64,000 nt of DNA from Chrysomallon squamiferum. Lineage: Eukaryota > Animalia > Mollusca. The translations under genes and the position numbers were made by a program. How positions within the stretch are numbered: position 1 is the stretch's first letter; each line of letters starts with the position of its first letter. Below the pieces are notes generated by a model. That model saw nothing but the letters and a program-made list of their open reading frames with translations. It was not told where the DNA came from and made no database searches. Positions 1 through 16,019 of this stretch are shown piece by piece. The stretch spans positions 13,330,001 through 13,394,000 of the forward strand of contig CM022667.1 in assembly GCA_012295275.1 (NCBI GenBank), written 5' to 3'.

Positions 1-629
1 ACAACAACAAAACAACATACAAAAAAAAAAAAAAAAAAAAAAATCCAAAAAAAAAAAAAAGCCACAACAACAACAAACAAATGAATTAAAAAGCAAAGCA
101 AACAAACAAACAAACCCAGTATAGCTAGACGCACCCGCTCAGACATAAACAAAACGTGAACATATTTGTACCCGAGACACCACGCATATCAGTTCTGTAT
201 CTTACAGATATCGCATTGTTAGATATAAGTATAATACGATTATCATTTCAGAGGTGATGCTAATCGGATGAATATCAAAAGTGTTTCGGTACAAGGTGAA
301 TCGACAGAGAATCAGACGAGAGCTTGAGAACGAACAGTCCAACATGACGTAAATGACAAATATTTTCAGTGTTAACTCTTTTCTGTGAGAAGATTTATTT
401 AGAGAAAAATGTACTGATTGTGAATATATCTGTTACCTTTTTCATTATTATTCTGTTAATTTGTTTGTGTGTATCTTATACACATACATACACAATGTAG
501 TTTAAGCTTTGGTGTTATCATCATCGTCGTCATTATCATTAACATTATTATTATTGTTATGATTGTTATTATTATTATTATTACTATTACTACAACTACT
601 TCTACTACTGCTACTAATATATATATATT

Positions 630-705
<76 letters not shown>

Positions 706-1187
706 TACATTAGTTCACATTAGTGGCAAAGAGTGTGTGGGTGTGTGGGTGTGTGTGTGGGTGTGTGCTTGCGTGTATATAACTCTCTCCCACTTCCCCA
801 TTCTCACTGCCACAAAACATACATTTCTAATTCACATAACCGAATTGTCACATACACTGTGTCCGTTAAACACGGTTCGCCTGTATCTCAAGTACCCCAG
901 GTTCTATTGAACTTAGAGACCCTCTATATCTCGGACAAATCTTGTCTGGTTACTTTGATAAGAGGAAAGAGCAAAGGCTAAGATTTCTTATTGAAACTGT
1001 AATTGCATCAAAATAAACCGAACGACACTTGTAGTAATTTTCCATGATTGACAGCTCATACACACAATGCAGCCTCGTTTTCAATTCGAAGTCGTTTGAA
1101 ATGCTCTTAACCTTGACAGAAAACACATACTGATTAGAAATTGAATTGTCATCGTTATTCATTTAATTAATTAATTAATTAACTGTA

Positions 1188-1235
<48 letters not shown>

Positions 1236-1941
1236 GTTGTTGTAATCGTTGTTATTGTTTTTAACGATGCTTTTGTTATCGTTTTGTTTTTCTTAATATT
1301 ATTGTTATTGTTGTTGTTGTTGCGGTTATGATGGTAATGGCTATGATTATTACTGGTTTGCGAATATGAACAAGAATAAACAGAAGAAAATGAACCCAAA
1401 ATTTATGTAAGATAAGTCTCTGACGATTTCTCACATTTGTGTTAAACAGTCTCTGTGGTGCAAATCACTTTCAGATAAACCCGCAGTCTGCATCAACTTA
1501 ACCGATTTGATTAAAATTTCAAAACAGTTTGCATTATCTAAGGTTAAAAGTGCAGAATACCGTCTATAAATAAAGTATCATTTGATTAAAGCTTTTTAAG
1601 GAGTAAAAATATTAAAGCCTATTCTTTTTCTCTGTCCTGGTTTGTCATTATCTGGTTATATATCTAACCACCCATCCATTCATTTATTCATCCATCCATC
1701 CTTCTCTCTCTATCTATTATCTGTCTATCTGTCTATCTATACCTGTCTATCTCTCTGTCTATCTGTCAAGTTCTTTTATATATCAACCTATCTATCTGTC
1801 TGTCTGTCTGTATGTCTGTGTATCTAACTGCCTACCTGTAGCTCTTTAATTATCTGTCTTTCTCTCATTATTTCGTTCTTATTCATTTACTCTCTCTCTG
1901 TTTTCTTTTTCTTTCATTCTGTCACATTCACACACGCGCGT

Positions 1942-1977
<36 letters not shown>

Positions 1978-2841
1978 CCTCTCTATCTCTGCTTGATTTT
2001 CTTTTTCATTGACTACAATCTTACGTTTTATCATATATGAATTTTAATGAAATGATTTTAAATGCATATACATATACATGTACACAGATAAACACAGACA
2101 CACACGAACACACACACACACACACACATACACACACACATACACTCTACATGACTTCATGAGACTGGACTTCAGATTTAATTGACACGGGTCAAATAAC
2201 TAACCCTTGGGAAACCTGATCCGGGAGGATATGTATCTAGTAGCTTTAGTATCGCGTACAACTCGGACACAAGCCAACGTACTTTGTCAAAACGACAGAG
2301 TCCGGTTACTGCAACACTAGCAGTTTGACCGGGCGCCGTAAGTATACAGTTAATTAAAATGTCACTGGTATTTGGCACAGTCACAAATTTATTCGCGTAC
2401 GTCTATGTGTGAACACACTTATTAAATGCACCGCTCGAACTCGCCCGCTTACCAAGGTTATGACAAATGGCGGCTTCTTTCTGTGTGACAGATTGCGTTC
2501 GATCGTATCGCACGGGCGAGGTGTGTAATGAGTTTAATTAAAAACTTCATCAGATGACTGCAATGACACCTGTCTCATGGATCACAGAACAATAAACGAA
2601 CTGTTTGCTTATTTATTTATTTATTTGTTTATTTGTTTGTTTGTTTGATTGTTCATTTATCTGTGTGTTTGTTTATTTCTGGCGAGACTGGATACGTGCA
2701 TATGATATCTTCTCTCTCCCCCGCTCTTTCATTCTCTACATTCTTTCTTGTTATTTCCATCTGTTTATCTTTATCAGCTAATTACTGTCTTCATGTTTTA
2801 TGTTTAGATCTATAATAATTGCAGGTCTTTTTTTCTTTCTT

Positions 2842-2927
<86 letters not shown>

Positions 2928-3164
2928 GTCTGTCTGTCTGTCTTTCATAATTTTGTTTTCTTTTTATACTTTCCCTTTCTGTGTTCCAGTCTCTTCATGA
3001 GCTTATAAATAAAATTACATCCGCTCACTGAAGAAACCATTTTAATCTACTTGAGCACAAACAGACTGTGTCCTCACTTCCCGTCAAAATAAATTAAAAA
3101 ATACAAAACAGACACACGAACAAAAGCGAAAATTATCTTCCCCCCCACCTTTTTTTAAACGTAA

Positions 3165-3418
3165 GCGGCCATTTGCACGAAACCGGAAGTGGAACAGTGG
3201 CGCGCTCCTCCTGTTTGTTTTTGCTGTTGTTGGTAAACGTGGGTCTCGTGTCTTTTCACTCACTGTCAATGTTTATCTCAACCTTACTGGTCTCGAGTCA
3301 GCGAGGGGAAACTCGACTGTGAGTCCTACCGCTCGTGCGCACAGCAGACCTCATCTAATTTCCATTTAAGTCAATCCTGACCATGGGAGCACGTTTGTTG
3401 TCGCCCTTTTGGGTAAGT
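3165..3418 (+). promoter_or_regulatory. Promoter-like CpG island with a candidate first exon
   Basis: YY1 GCGGCCATTT 3165-3174; ETS ACCGGAAGT 3182-3190; CCATGG at 3381-3386; donor TGG|GTAAGT at 3413. Confidence 0.45.
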
Positions 3419-3646
3419 TGTATTTGAATAGACTCAGTCTGTTAATCTGCCTGGCACGAGCTCGTTTCGATGACGTAATCGTTTTACGACAATGAAAAGT
3501 GAAGCGAATTTAGCCGAGGAGGCTTTTTGAACGTGCGAAGTGTTAAAAGTAAAGTATTTTTGGATGTACGTGCTCATAGTTGTTTCGACAGCAGCACGAT
3601 TAAGTCCGCGCTTCTAGTCTAATCGAGTAGGTTGGATACAAACTCT

Positions 3647-3899
<253 letters not shown>

Positions 3900-5238
3900 G
3901 ACGACAATGAACCACAGAGACAGATATAAAGAGAGAAAAAGTGGTAATGGAAGACAAAAATTATGAGACCGAATCGAAAAGAGAAAACGGGAGTACAAGT
4001 CAGATGAATACAGAAAAATAGGTAAATTTTCCCAACGAACATAATCAAATCAATGTCTTATTTAAATATCAAAAGCAAAACAAAAAAAGCACAAGTTCTC
4101 CTAATATAAAAATGAGTTGTTATTTGAATTTCATTCCCTCCCCCGTGTTTTATACCAAAAAAAAAAAAAAAAAAAAAGAATAATAGATTAATACGAAAGA
4201 GATGGGTTTTGGTTGTTGTTGTTGTATGTGTTGTGTTTTTTCTCTCTCTCTCTGTTTGATAAAAAAAAAAAAAAAATCATTTCAATCGTATACATTATTC
4301 TTTTATTCAAATTTTTTTATAATAATAATTTTAAACTGAATCAATTAAACTTACAGCATAATTATTCAGTAATGCAAAAATAATGTTAATACGACGGTGG
4401 TTTTTATTTAATGGTAACAGACTGTTCTGTTGAAGCCCTTCATACTTGTGACTTGTTTTCTCCGCTGTTTAGGGTCTCCGCTGTGACGTATGTTGACAGG
4501 CTCGCGATGTGGTTTAACGCCATAATGGCGTCGCAGCTGGAGTTCAGGCTAAAACGCGGATATGTATTGAAATCGTCGTGCATACGAAATAAAATATTAA
4601 TATTATTTTGAATTTGAGGGAATGTTAAATAAATTATTTATGTGCAGCTTGTATTGCATGCCATGTTAAGTATGTGTGTATGTTATATATTTGTATGTAT
4701 GTATGTATGTTTTATATGTGTGTATGTATCTATGTATGTATGTTTGTATATATCTATGTATGTTTATATATATGTATGTATGTACGTACGTATGTATGTC
4801 TATATGGATATGTATATATGTATCTATACATGCTTGCATGAATGTAACTATCAGCGTATGTGTGTGTACATATGTAAATTTTGTTTGCACCCACATTAAT
4901 TCGAATGATTTTCACATGATTTATTATTATTAAAGTTATTGTAGCTCTGAAATATTAATTTTAACTGCAGTAAGAATTCTAGTTCACCAACTACAGTATT
5001 CACAGAGGAAACAGTAGAATTCTGGTTTAATCTGTCCAAACACATCACAAATGTAAGAATGCGACCCTAGAATAGCAAATATTTGTTGTTTTTACCAAAC
5101 GCAAATAAAAGTTATAACTTTCCTTTCCGGAAGCAGGTTTTTTAGTAGCACCGGAAGATTGGCGATCTATTCCGGAAGTCATAATAACACGTACGTAAGA
5201 TATAAGTAGAATTTTTAATGAAACGATGTTTGCTATTT

Positions 5239-5278
<40 letters not shown>

Positions 5279-5548
5279 GCTGTTTGTTTGTCTATTAAAA
5301 TTTTATACCTTTGGATAGGTTTCATAATTTATCGATGAACTGATTTATTTTATTTATTTTCAAAATAACAGCAACTACTACTACGATTACAATTACGTCT
5401 CCGTCGTTGTCACAGTAATCTCGACCTTATTACCATCATTGTTAGTACTCATACTGCTTCAACTACAACTACCACGACAATAGTTTTTCTACTACTACAG
5501 CTACCACCACCGCTACTACTGTTACTACTACTACTACTAGTACTATTG

Positions 5549-5587
<39 letters not shown>

Positions 5588-5632
5588 TTACTACTGTTGT
5601 TATTATTAGTAAAATTATTACTATTATTGCTG

Positions 5633-5680
<48 letters not shown>

Positions 5681-6359
5681 CGAAAATTACAAAATTTGAC
5701 AGCACATTAAAAGAACTGAAAAAAAAACATCAAGCAAATTATTTCTGGCGAACATCAATTTTCTCGTTTAATCTTCTTACAAGAATAATATTTCGTAAAA
5801 TCTTTCTTGATCGTTCTCTCTCTAAGACGATTATTTCACTTACTTTTTTTTTTTTTTTTTTTTCTCAGTAATTGACGATACTTAGCAGAATTTTGGACAG
5901 ATTTCTAATTACGTTTTTATTCTCTCTGAACAAACAGAGACACGAGTATGTCACAAACTCGATAACGGTTTTCCACGGAGCGTCAAATTGACGAGCTTTG
6001 CTGCAACGCGATTGGTTGCTTTCCTGAAGTGGATTAAGTTGTCGCACTTGTTAGTATCACCGCCGACAGAGGGGGCCCCTCGCGTGACATTGCTGTCCGT
6101 AATTTGTGTGTTGCCGTTATCGTTTTGAAATCGTGGTGCGCTGTTTTTTGTGAAAACTGCAGCAATTACTGACACTTAGACTGGAATGATTATCTGATTA
6201 TAGATTGAACTGAATCTACATTATTACAGACGAATAAACGAGGATGTAAAAAGAAAAAAAGAAACAAAAAATAAAAAATAAAAATAATTAAGAAGAAAGA
6301 AAGAGAAGTTTATATATAAGAATTTTACATTTAAACTTCCGAACCAATTCTCATATGGA

Positions 6360-6361
6360 AC

Positions 6362-6403
<42 letters not shown>

Positions 6404-6678
6404 ACCTACTACTACTACTACTGTTACTAATATTATTATTGCCATCGTCATCATCGTCGTCATTATTGGCATTGTCATCATCATCATTATTATTGTTATC
6501 ATGATGATGATGACGATGTTGAAGGTAATGGTAATGGTAGTAAAATTAACCATAATAATAAACCTAATATTAGAATAGTCGTAGTAGGATTAGAGATAGC
6601 AGTTGTAGTAGTAATAATAGAAGCAGTACTAGTAGTAGTGGAAATAACTAGTAGTAACAGCTGATTATTACTATTATT

Positions 6679-6717
<39 letters not shown>

Positions 6718-7190
6718 CAGTATTAGCATTAGCAGCATCATCAGTAGTAATAATGCTAGTAGTACTACTATAGTAACACCAATAGCAGAGGTAAAAGCTA
6801 TAGCAATAGCCGTAGCATGAGCAATACTAATGATAATATAGTACTAGTAATATATTAGTAGCAGTGATGGTAGAATACAATTAGTAGTTTTAGTTGAGGT
6901 ATTTTTTGTTGCTGTAGTAGTAGTAATGGAATTGACCATAGCAGTGGTAGTGGTGGTAACGGCTGTGATTGTAGAACGAGAAGTAGCAGTTGAAGTAGTA
7001 ATGGTAATGGAAATAACAGTAGCTGCGACAGTAGCAGTAGTTGTGGCTGAAGTAGGCAAAACAGTAATAGCAACAGTAGCAGCGGGAGCTGTAGCTGTTG
7101 TAGTAGTAAAAACGTATAAGCGCTAGCTTTAATAATAATAGTAGCAGAGAGAGGATGATGATGATGATGATGATGATTACGGTGATGATG
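6360..7190. repeat. Degenerate trinucleotide field (ATT/ACT/AGT/GAT)
   Basis: Cryptic triplet repeats. Similar fields at about 5380-5680, 11390-11620, 20590-20940, 27500-27830 and 28050-28220. Confidence 0.9.
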
Positions 7191-9477
7191 TTTAATCCAT
7201 CTCGCGCATTTTGTCTCCTTTACACCACCAACGACAATACAAACACCGTCGTACCATTCACGACGTCGTGTTTTTCTCTCTCGTCAGAACCGAGAGAGAA
7301 TACAAACAAGGCTTTCATATTCATACACATACAGCAATGAAAAAAAAAAAAAAAAAAAAAAAAAAAGGAACCTATACTAATCCAATTTTCTTGTGTGCTC
7401 TTCTTTAACAATAGCTGTGGAAACATCCAGTTCAGTTTCGCCCCGTTTTGCACGTGCTCTGGATCTGTGTGGTTCAAAGGACGTAATCCTCTGGATCGAC
7501 CTGCGGGGAGAGGGCTAAAGCGGTCAATGAATTCCTGTCACGTACAGAAACAGGTGATGGACGTACACGTTTGGAGGACACTCGGTCAGTTTTCAGATTC
7601 ATAGGTCGTTCGATCGATTCTTATTGACAGAAATGTTATACTGATGTAGTTCTTGACTACTGATGCACTTTAAAAGAAACACACACACACCTATACACAC
7701 TCACACGCACACACACACACATACACACAGACATATACACACATTCACACATGTAAGTTAGATATAAAAACACACAGCCATAAATATACTCAGTCAGCTG
7801 TAAGTTTATGTATTCATTTGTCGCTTTACGCAAACTTCGCTGCTTATATTTCTGTCTGTGTTTATATGTATCTCTGTTCCTTTATTATTTAAATTTATTT
7901 TCAATATTTTAATAGACACGAACAATATACTGAACGAAAAAAAAAATTAGGGTCTACAAAAATGCTGAAAAAAAAAGAAAAAAAAAAGGAGGTTCTAGAA
8001 ATATACTGAACGAAAATAGGGGGATCTAGAAATACATGTATACTGAACAACAAAAAAAAGAACAACAACAAACAACAACAACAGAAATATTTCGATACAT
8101 GACAGATCAATATCGCGCACAGCAAACCGGTATTGTTGATTGAAACAGTTAGATTAATTTGGTGAACTTAAATAAAAGAATGTCATGATTCGTTGATTTC
8201 ATAATCTGAGTGACAAAAAAATAATAATTATAAAAATAAATAAAAAACAAATAAAAATAAATAAATGAACAAAATAAAATAAAAGAAAGTCACTGCACAC
8301 AATCACACCAAATAATACGTGGCCAACAAATACTTTGTTCAGTAAAGATTTTAAAGACACGAATTTCAAAGCTGTATTATTAAGATGTGTTTTTTAAGGA
8401 CTTGAAAATCTAAAAAACAATAATCAAGGTGCTGATTACAAAACTTTTATACATAAACACGACCAATATAATCTCTTATTCTCATATTATTGTCAAAATG
8501 GAGAACAACAGCTGTGCAAAGAAACAAAAATATAATTTTTATTCTAGCTCTCGTTCGAAAACCTAATGAAAAAGAATCTTACACGAAATCCCATTAACTG
8601 AATGCCTGTCGCACGTAATCAGAAGACGCTAATATGCAAATAGTCATTACAACGAATTTACTGAATTCAATAAGGCTGTAAATAACAAAATATAAGAAAA
8701 ATTCTATTTTACATGAAACTTCACTGTCTAAAGACTATATCGCTCTAACTTCGAACACACCGATAAATCTTTACAATAGAATTTATAATTAAATATAGTG
8801 AGGATAGAGATTATAATTATAAATATAATATATCATACATAAAAAAGAAAAAAAAAAAAAAAGAAGAAAAAAAAAGAAAGATAAATGCACTGCTAAGTTT
8901 CTGTCGTTCTTAATCCGAAAACACTAGTAAATCAACAGAACAGAAAATCTGATTAAGTTACAATCAGGGTATGTGTAAGGACAAAAACTATATTTAACAT
9001 CAAACAGCTCTAAGCCAAACTAAATCTCCTAATCTGAAGATACTTATCACACAACATCACGGTGTAGAAACATCCAAATTGTTATTCACACACACATACA
9101 AAAAAAAAAAAAAAAAAAAAATAAAGAAAGAAAAAAAACAGAATATAAAAATTCAAGCCTGGGTTCCCCGCCGTCTTTTCAATCATCCTCTGTTGTCTTG
9201 CCCGCAGATCGCTCTAAACACGTATTTGCAGAAACCAGAAAAGAGCATTCATTGGCCTTGATTAGTGACAAGCGAAAATACTCCGGCGTCAGTCCATCAT
9301 AATATAGCATTACATTTTCAATTGAATTCTTATATACCCGAGCTTTTTCAGCGAGGTAAATGAATTTGCGTGTCTTTATTTAGACGATACTCAGCACGGG
9401 CGACTGGTTATTAACATTTCCGCGCCCCATTGTCGTCTTTTTTTTATGATCGTTTTGAAAAAGCAAGACACAAGTGC

Positions 9478-9550
<73 letters not shown>

Positions 9551-9946
9551 AAATATGTTTTTTTTTATTATTATTTTTTTATTTTTATATTTTGTTGCTT
9601 CGACCGGTTGAGAAGGACGCCCTTGTAAGTTGACACTTAAAATTGTTTTTCACCGTTGGTAATAGTAGATATAGTTTTACAAAGGGATTAACACATTAAA
9701 AAGGTTTGGTGAAAAGGATAAATTAGACAAACAGTAGGAAATACAGAAGAATGGGTGGAGGAGAGACAAGACGAAGGCGAAGATGATGTATGAATAGAAA
9801 ATGATGATGATGATGACGATGAGGAGAAGGATGAGGTTGTTGGTGGTGAAGGTGGTGGTGCCGGTGAAAAAAAACAAAGAACAACAATAAAAATTTCTAT
9901 AGCAACAAGAGGAACAAATACATTTATCAAGCAAATATATATATAG

Positions 9947-9977
<31 letters not shown>

Positions 9978-10088
9978 GGATTAATTCGGTGCATAGTAGG
10001 ATGTATGAATAAAATAATTGGAAGAAAATACACCAAGGAAGTTAAATGAGATAGGCACTAAAACACAGACAGACACACCTACACACAC

Positions 10089-10243
<155 letters not shown>

Positions 10244-10789
10244 GAGAGAGAGAGAGAGAGAGAGATGGTAAAAAATTTACAGAAAGACAGGAAAACAGAC
10301 CGAGATATCATAAAAGAGGATCGTCAAAAATGTAAGATTTTTAAATGGGAAAATAACTGAATAAATCAGTAAAAATGAAAACTGTAACAAAAAAGAAAAA
10401 AACACAAAAAAAACAACAACTAAGTAATCGGCTACTGAATGTCAAATAAACTTGAATAAATGAATGAATTATTAAAATGAACAGGAGAAAACGTAACTCA
10501 ATACATTTATTAGGTGTCAGTACATAAACATGTGACATTTATGTTGTGGAAGCTTCTGTTTATTGATATTATAATGACAGCGTGGGTTGAGTCATGCTTT
10601 CCTCAGTTTCACGAAATAGTAAATGTATTTAGAATATTCTGTAATTTAAAACACACCTTAACATACACGTGTGCTTAATACGTAGCTGAAACGCAGTGCG
10701 ATCTAATTTGAATATTTAATTTATTACCTACGTAATACTAAAACAAAAGATTTTATGCATATTAGACAGATGTAGCGAAAGTACTCTGT

Positions 10790-10861
<72 letters not shown>

Positions 10862-11078
10862 TTATATATGTATTGAAAGTGTATCCATTTGCAGTATTCA
10901 AAACAAAAATAAAATTAAATATATTAAAACAACTGATCCCTGAACACTGTACTATACCTTGGTGGTCTCTCTTTTTAACAAATTGCTCTCGAGTTCAGTA
11001 TCAAGATTTCCACTGAGAAGACGAAGAAAAAAGCGAAATATTACAACATTCATTTATTGTTGTTGTTGTTGTTCTTTT

Positions 11079-11113
<35 letters not shown>

Positions 11114-11389
11114 TTATCGTTTTATTTAAATATTTCTATTTAATTGTTTTCAGTAATTTTCTAAGATACATTTGTCGTTTATAATGTTACGATTGTACAT
11201 GATGCAGTTGTTTCTGGAATTTTATTGTTGTGCTTTTTGTTATTTTGTTTCTTCTTCTTGTTTTTTTAAATTTTTGTTCTTTTTTTTTTTTTTTTTTTTT
11301 TTATTGCTTTTTAAAATATATTTTGTTTTGGAAGTTTCTCTTTTTTTCTTCTAATGCCATAATTACTTCTTCTTTTTTCTTCTTCTTTA

Positions 11390-11429
<40 letters not shown>

Positions 11430-12061
11430 GTTGTTGTTGTTGTTGTTGCTGTTGTTATCGTTGTTGTTATTTTTATTATTGTTTTTATTATTATTATTAT
11501 TATTACTGTTACTATAATTATTACTGTAATTATTACTATTATTATTATTATTATTATTATTATTGTTATTGTTGTTGCTGTTGTTCTGGTTGTTGTTATT
11601 TTTATTATTGTTTTTATTATACGTTAGACGATCCCAGTCATTATGAAGACCTCCCACTGACTAATCTGTCCCTCCCTTTCGAGTTTCCCTAGCGCCAGTC
11701 CCCTGCTGTTGCCTTTGCCGTTGTTTTATAGAAGTATCAACACCGCGTTGGTCGTTTTCCACAACAAACCATTTAAACCTATTCCACAGTCTCACTCTGT
11801 CCTCATTGTATTGTATTCCAACATTACGTAGGTACGCTGTTTTATCAGTTTAAAAACACAGTCGTTGTGACGTTTAGTACAGATAGGTTTGAGAACGTTT
11901 ATATGATACGTTGTTCGTGTCGTATAGTGATGGTAATGATAACAATGACAACAACAACAACAATAACAATAATACTAATAATAGTAACCGTAAAATTAAT
12001 AACAACAACAACGTATGTATATTTGTATGTCTGTATGTATCTGTATGGATGTGATGTATGT

Positions 12062-12123
<62 letters not shown>

Positions 12124-12438
12124 TGTGTGTGTGTAACTTACACACTCGTATTGCTATAGTGATAGAATGCTGAATCAAGGGAAATAACCCGTGCTATTAA
12201 CTGATAGATATTTTTCGTTTTTTGAAGCAAAATGAGAAAAACACAATCCACACAGACGAACTACGGAAAAGCAAAGCTTTGAGAATGTATCTACTGATAC
12301 ATATTAAAAATCATTACTTTTTGATCAATATTATCATTATTCTCCGTACAGAAACCATTAAAAACAAGGATTCTTTATACCCTCCTTCGATACACAAACG
12401 TATCAAAAAAAAAAAAAAAATAATAATAATAATAATAA

Positions 12439-12481
<43 letters not shown>

Positions 12482-13159
12482 AAAAAACAAACAAACGAAA
12501 AACATCACGAAAACAATTATCTTTATTATCATCATCATTTTCATTACTGTTGTTGTTGTATTCGTCGTTATTGTATGGCTGTTGTTGTTGTTGTTATTAT
12601 TATTATTATTATTGAGTCCGCACTGCAATGAACGTGGAAACAGACATAAAAGAATTGCCTTTCTTTTCCTTTTTTCATCTTCTTCTTTTTTTTTTTTTTT
12701 TTACTTTCTTCTTCGTTGGCATTCATTTTTGTCTTAATAAACGGTTTATAGGTAAAAAAAAAAATATATAAATAGATGTAATACCGAAATTCAGTCAGTG
12801 TTTATTTGAAGAAATAAAAAAAGTTAAAAAGTTAAAAAGCAATTATCTTTTTTTTTTTTATTTTTTTACGGAATCTTTTTTTTCCTTATTTTTTTTCATT
12901 TTCCTTAATGTTTCGTTACGTTTGTTGTTTTATTTTTACGGAATTTTTTTCTGTTTTTTTTTTTCCCAGTTTTATTTTTATTTACTTTTTCCCTGTGTTT
13001 TCGTTTTTGCTTTTCTCACATTTCAACAAAAACTGACAAAGCTACAACGTCGCCACTGTCGTATTTCTTCAGCTGAAACTGTCACAGTGGCTTTTAGGCT
13101 GCCATAAACTTTGTCAGTGACAAATTTACAAAAGGTAATAAATTATTCATATATTAAAA

Positions 13160-13204
<45 letters not shown>

Positions 13205-13698
13205 ACCGTTACTGAATGAACTGAATTAAGTCACAAGGGAACAAGAACGGAGAAAAAAAAAATTCCAGATATCATTTTCAAATCTTAGTCTGATAAAAGT
13301 TTTACGATCTCAACTTATCTACTGTATTGTCAAAAAAAAACAATATCAGCGCAATCCATTTTCTTTTTTCTTTTTTTGACACTCGTTCTTTTTTTTTTTT
13401 TTTTTTTTTTCGTTTTTATTTTGGCGTGTATGGATTTGTTTACTTCGCGGATTAACGCTCGTGACCGCACGTGACTCTTGCACGTGCTTTGTGTTCTGAA
13501 TAAACAGTGGTAATAATATAAGTAAATACTATCAATGACCGAACAATTGCCGGTCAAAAGAGAATGGGGTAAGTCAACACGAAATAACCAACACGAAGAT
13601 ATACACACACCCCTTGCAGAAAAGTTTCAGCACCCCCCAGGGACAGGAATTTAAAATGGACGAAGACATTTCTGAAAATAGGTATCTTGATCGCCGTA

Positions 13699-13773
<75 letters not shown>

Positions 13774-14168
13774 TAAAGCAAAACAAATAACAAACTCTTC
13801 ATGTATTTTAAAACAAAAATTCGTTTCGTTCGTTTTCATTCTCTTTCATTTTTTGCAAAAAAGTGAAAGAAAAAAAGATCTCAAGTTAATCATGGTGTTA
13901 CTGACAATATAAATTTGCAATTATAATATAGTAAATAATATTTTGTATACTTGGCTACAAACTTTAGTTTTTCCTTATTCCGTCTATAATAATTTGTTTG
14001 ATTTTAAATTTTTATTTTCCGATATTTTAATTCACTTAATAGCTCGTCTTGAAGCATGAGAAGATTATATTAACCAATCTTTTGTTTCTTGAACAGAATT
14101 AATCACTGTCATAATCATCATAGTCATTGGCGATATCACCGTCATTGTCTGTATGAACATCATAATAG

Positions 14169-14200
<32 letters not shown>

Positions 14201-14620
14201 ATATTGTCATTATTGTTACCGATATCATCTAAATATCATTATGTTCGTCATCATTATTAGCGACGTTTTCAATAAAGTCTTTAGTACGAACCATTTTAAT
14301 ATCAGCACAATCATCTTCATCATCTTCATCATCATCATCATAATTCATGACCACCGTGAAGATACATTCCCTTATATGACTTTTCTCGTATGTGCCAAAA
14401 ACATTTTGAACGTACTAATTTGCCCGACACCATCAAGATACCAGGAATGTTTGCGGTACAGAGTGGGGAGCAAACCCATAAATTTTGTACTGGTTAACTA
14501 CGTCCCACCTGACCGCATGGAGCACCGCTATGAATATTTCTTTGTGTGCCGAGTCCGTTATGTTGAGTTCACAGTTCACAAACAATAGAATCAAATACAG
14601 CTCTCTCTCTTTCCATCACT

Positions 14621-14759
<139 letters not shown>

Positions 14760-15702
14760 TCTTCTTCTTCTTCTTCTTCTTTCTCTATTTCGCTTTGTTT
14801 TTCTACTTTTTCATTACTTTTTTTTTTTTTTATTATTTGTTATTATTACTTTTTTTTATTATTATTATTATTTTTATTATTATTTTTTATTTTTTTTTTT
14901 TTTGGCTTCAGAGCAATTCTTCTACCGGAGCCAGGGATCCTAAAATACTCATTTAAACTTGCCTGAAAAACACTTCGAACCGAAATGAACCGCCAGAGGC
15001 CCATATCATGCACCGGTCTGGCATCACAAATGTATCGCAAGTCGAACTGAATATGCATCAATCAATGGCTGGCAGACGCGGCGGTTACCGCACCGACCGG
15101 CCTCTCAAGCCGCCTTTTGTGTTCGGTGCGTTGATTCTGATGGCCACAGCACCCAAGAGAGGCAGCCCGTTTACTTATTGACACCGAATGAACATCGGGG
15201 CAGCCCGAGACGAAAATCATTGGCTTGTCACACCATTGGATCTTACACTCGGAAGACTTAACGGTTAAATTAAAAAAAAAAAAAAAAAAAATTCTTTTTT
15301 TATTATTATTATTTTTTTGATTATTAATAATTTATTTTTATTCGTAAATCTTACCAGAGAAGCACTTAAGATCTCTTGGCGAAGATGAGTTCGTGGAGTG
15401 TAAGAAAACGCCTTTTCGATCTTTCTCTGACAATTCGTAATCGTTCTGTCAGTCGGAAAAAAAAATGACGATTGGCTCCGAGGAAAGTTTACGGCGATGA
15501 CCGATGAATAATTGAAGAACTTTATTTGGCGATATCGCACAATCTCGTAAAGTGTCGGAGAAATGGGTCCCGTGACTTCAGTGCAAGACCATAAATTTGT
15601 TGATGTATTTTATTTCTTATATAGTTTTATTATTTTATTTTATTTTATTTTATTTTATTTTATTTTATTTATTTATTTGTTAGTTAATTTAATTTAAACA
15701 GT

Positions 15703-15794
<92 letters not shown>

Positions 15795-15988
15795 GTTTTT
15801 ATTTGTTTTTATATCTGTCCCTTTCGTTCTCCTTTCGCTTTGTCTTTAGGCAAGATTGTGTGTGTGGAAACCATTTGTATCTTCTAAAATTTGACTTTGT
15901 CTTAGCTGAAAAAAACAAGACATTTTCACCCTCAGAATTTAGTAACATTTAATATTACACCATATTATCGAGAAAAAAAAAAAGAAAG

Positions 15989-16019
<31 letters not shown>

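Noticed and set aside
6063-6078. CTCF-like CCGACAGAGGGGGCCC
   Set aside because: It mismatches at informative positions, and a single motif has no supporting evidence.
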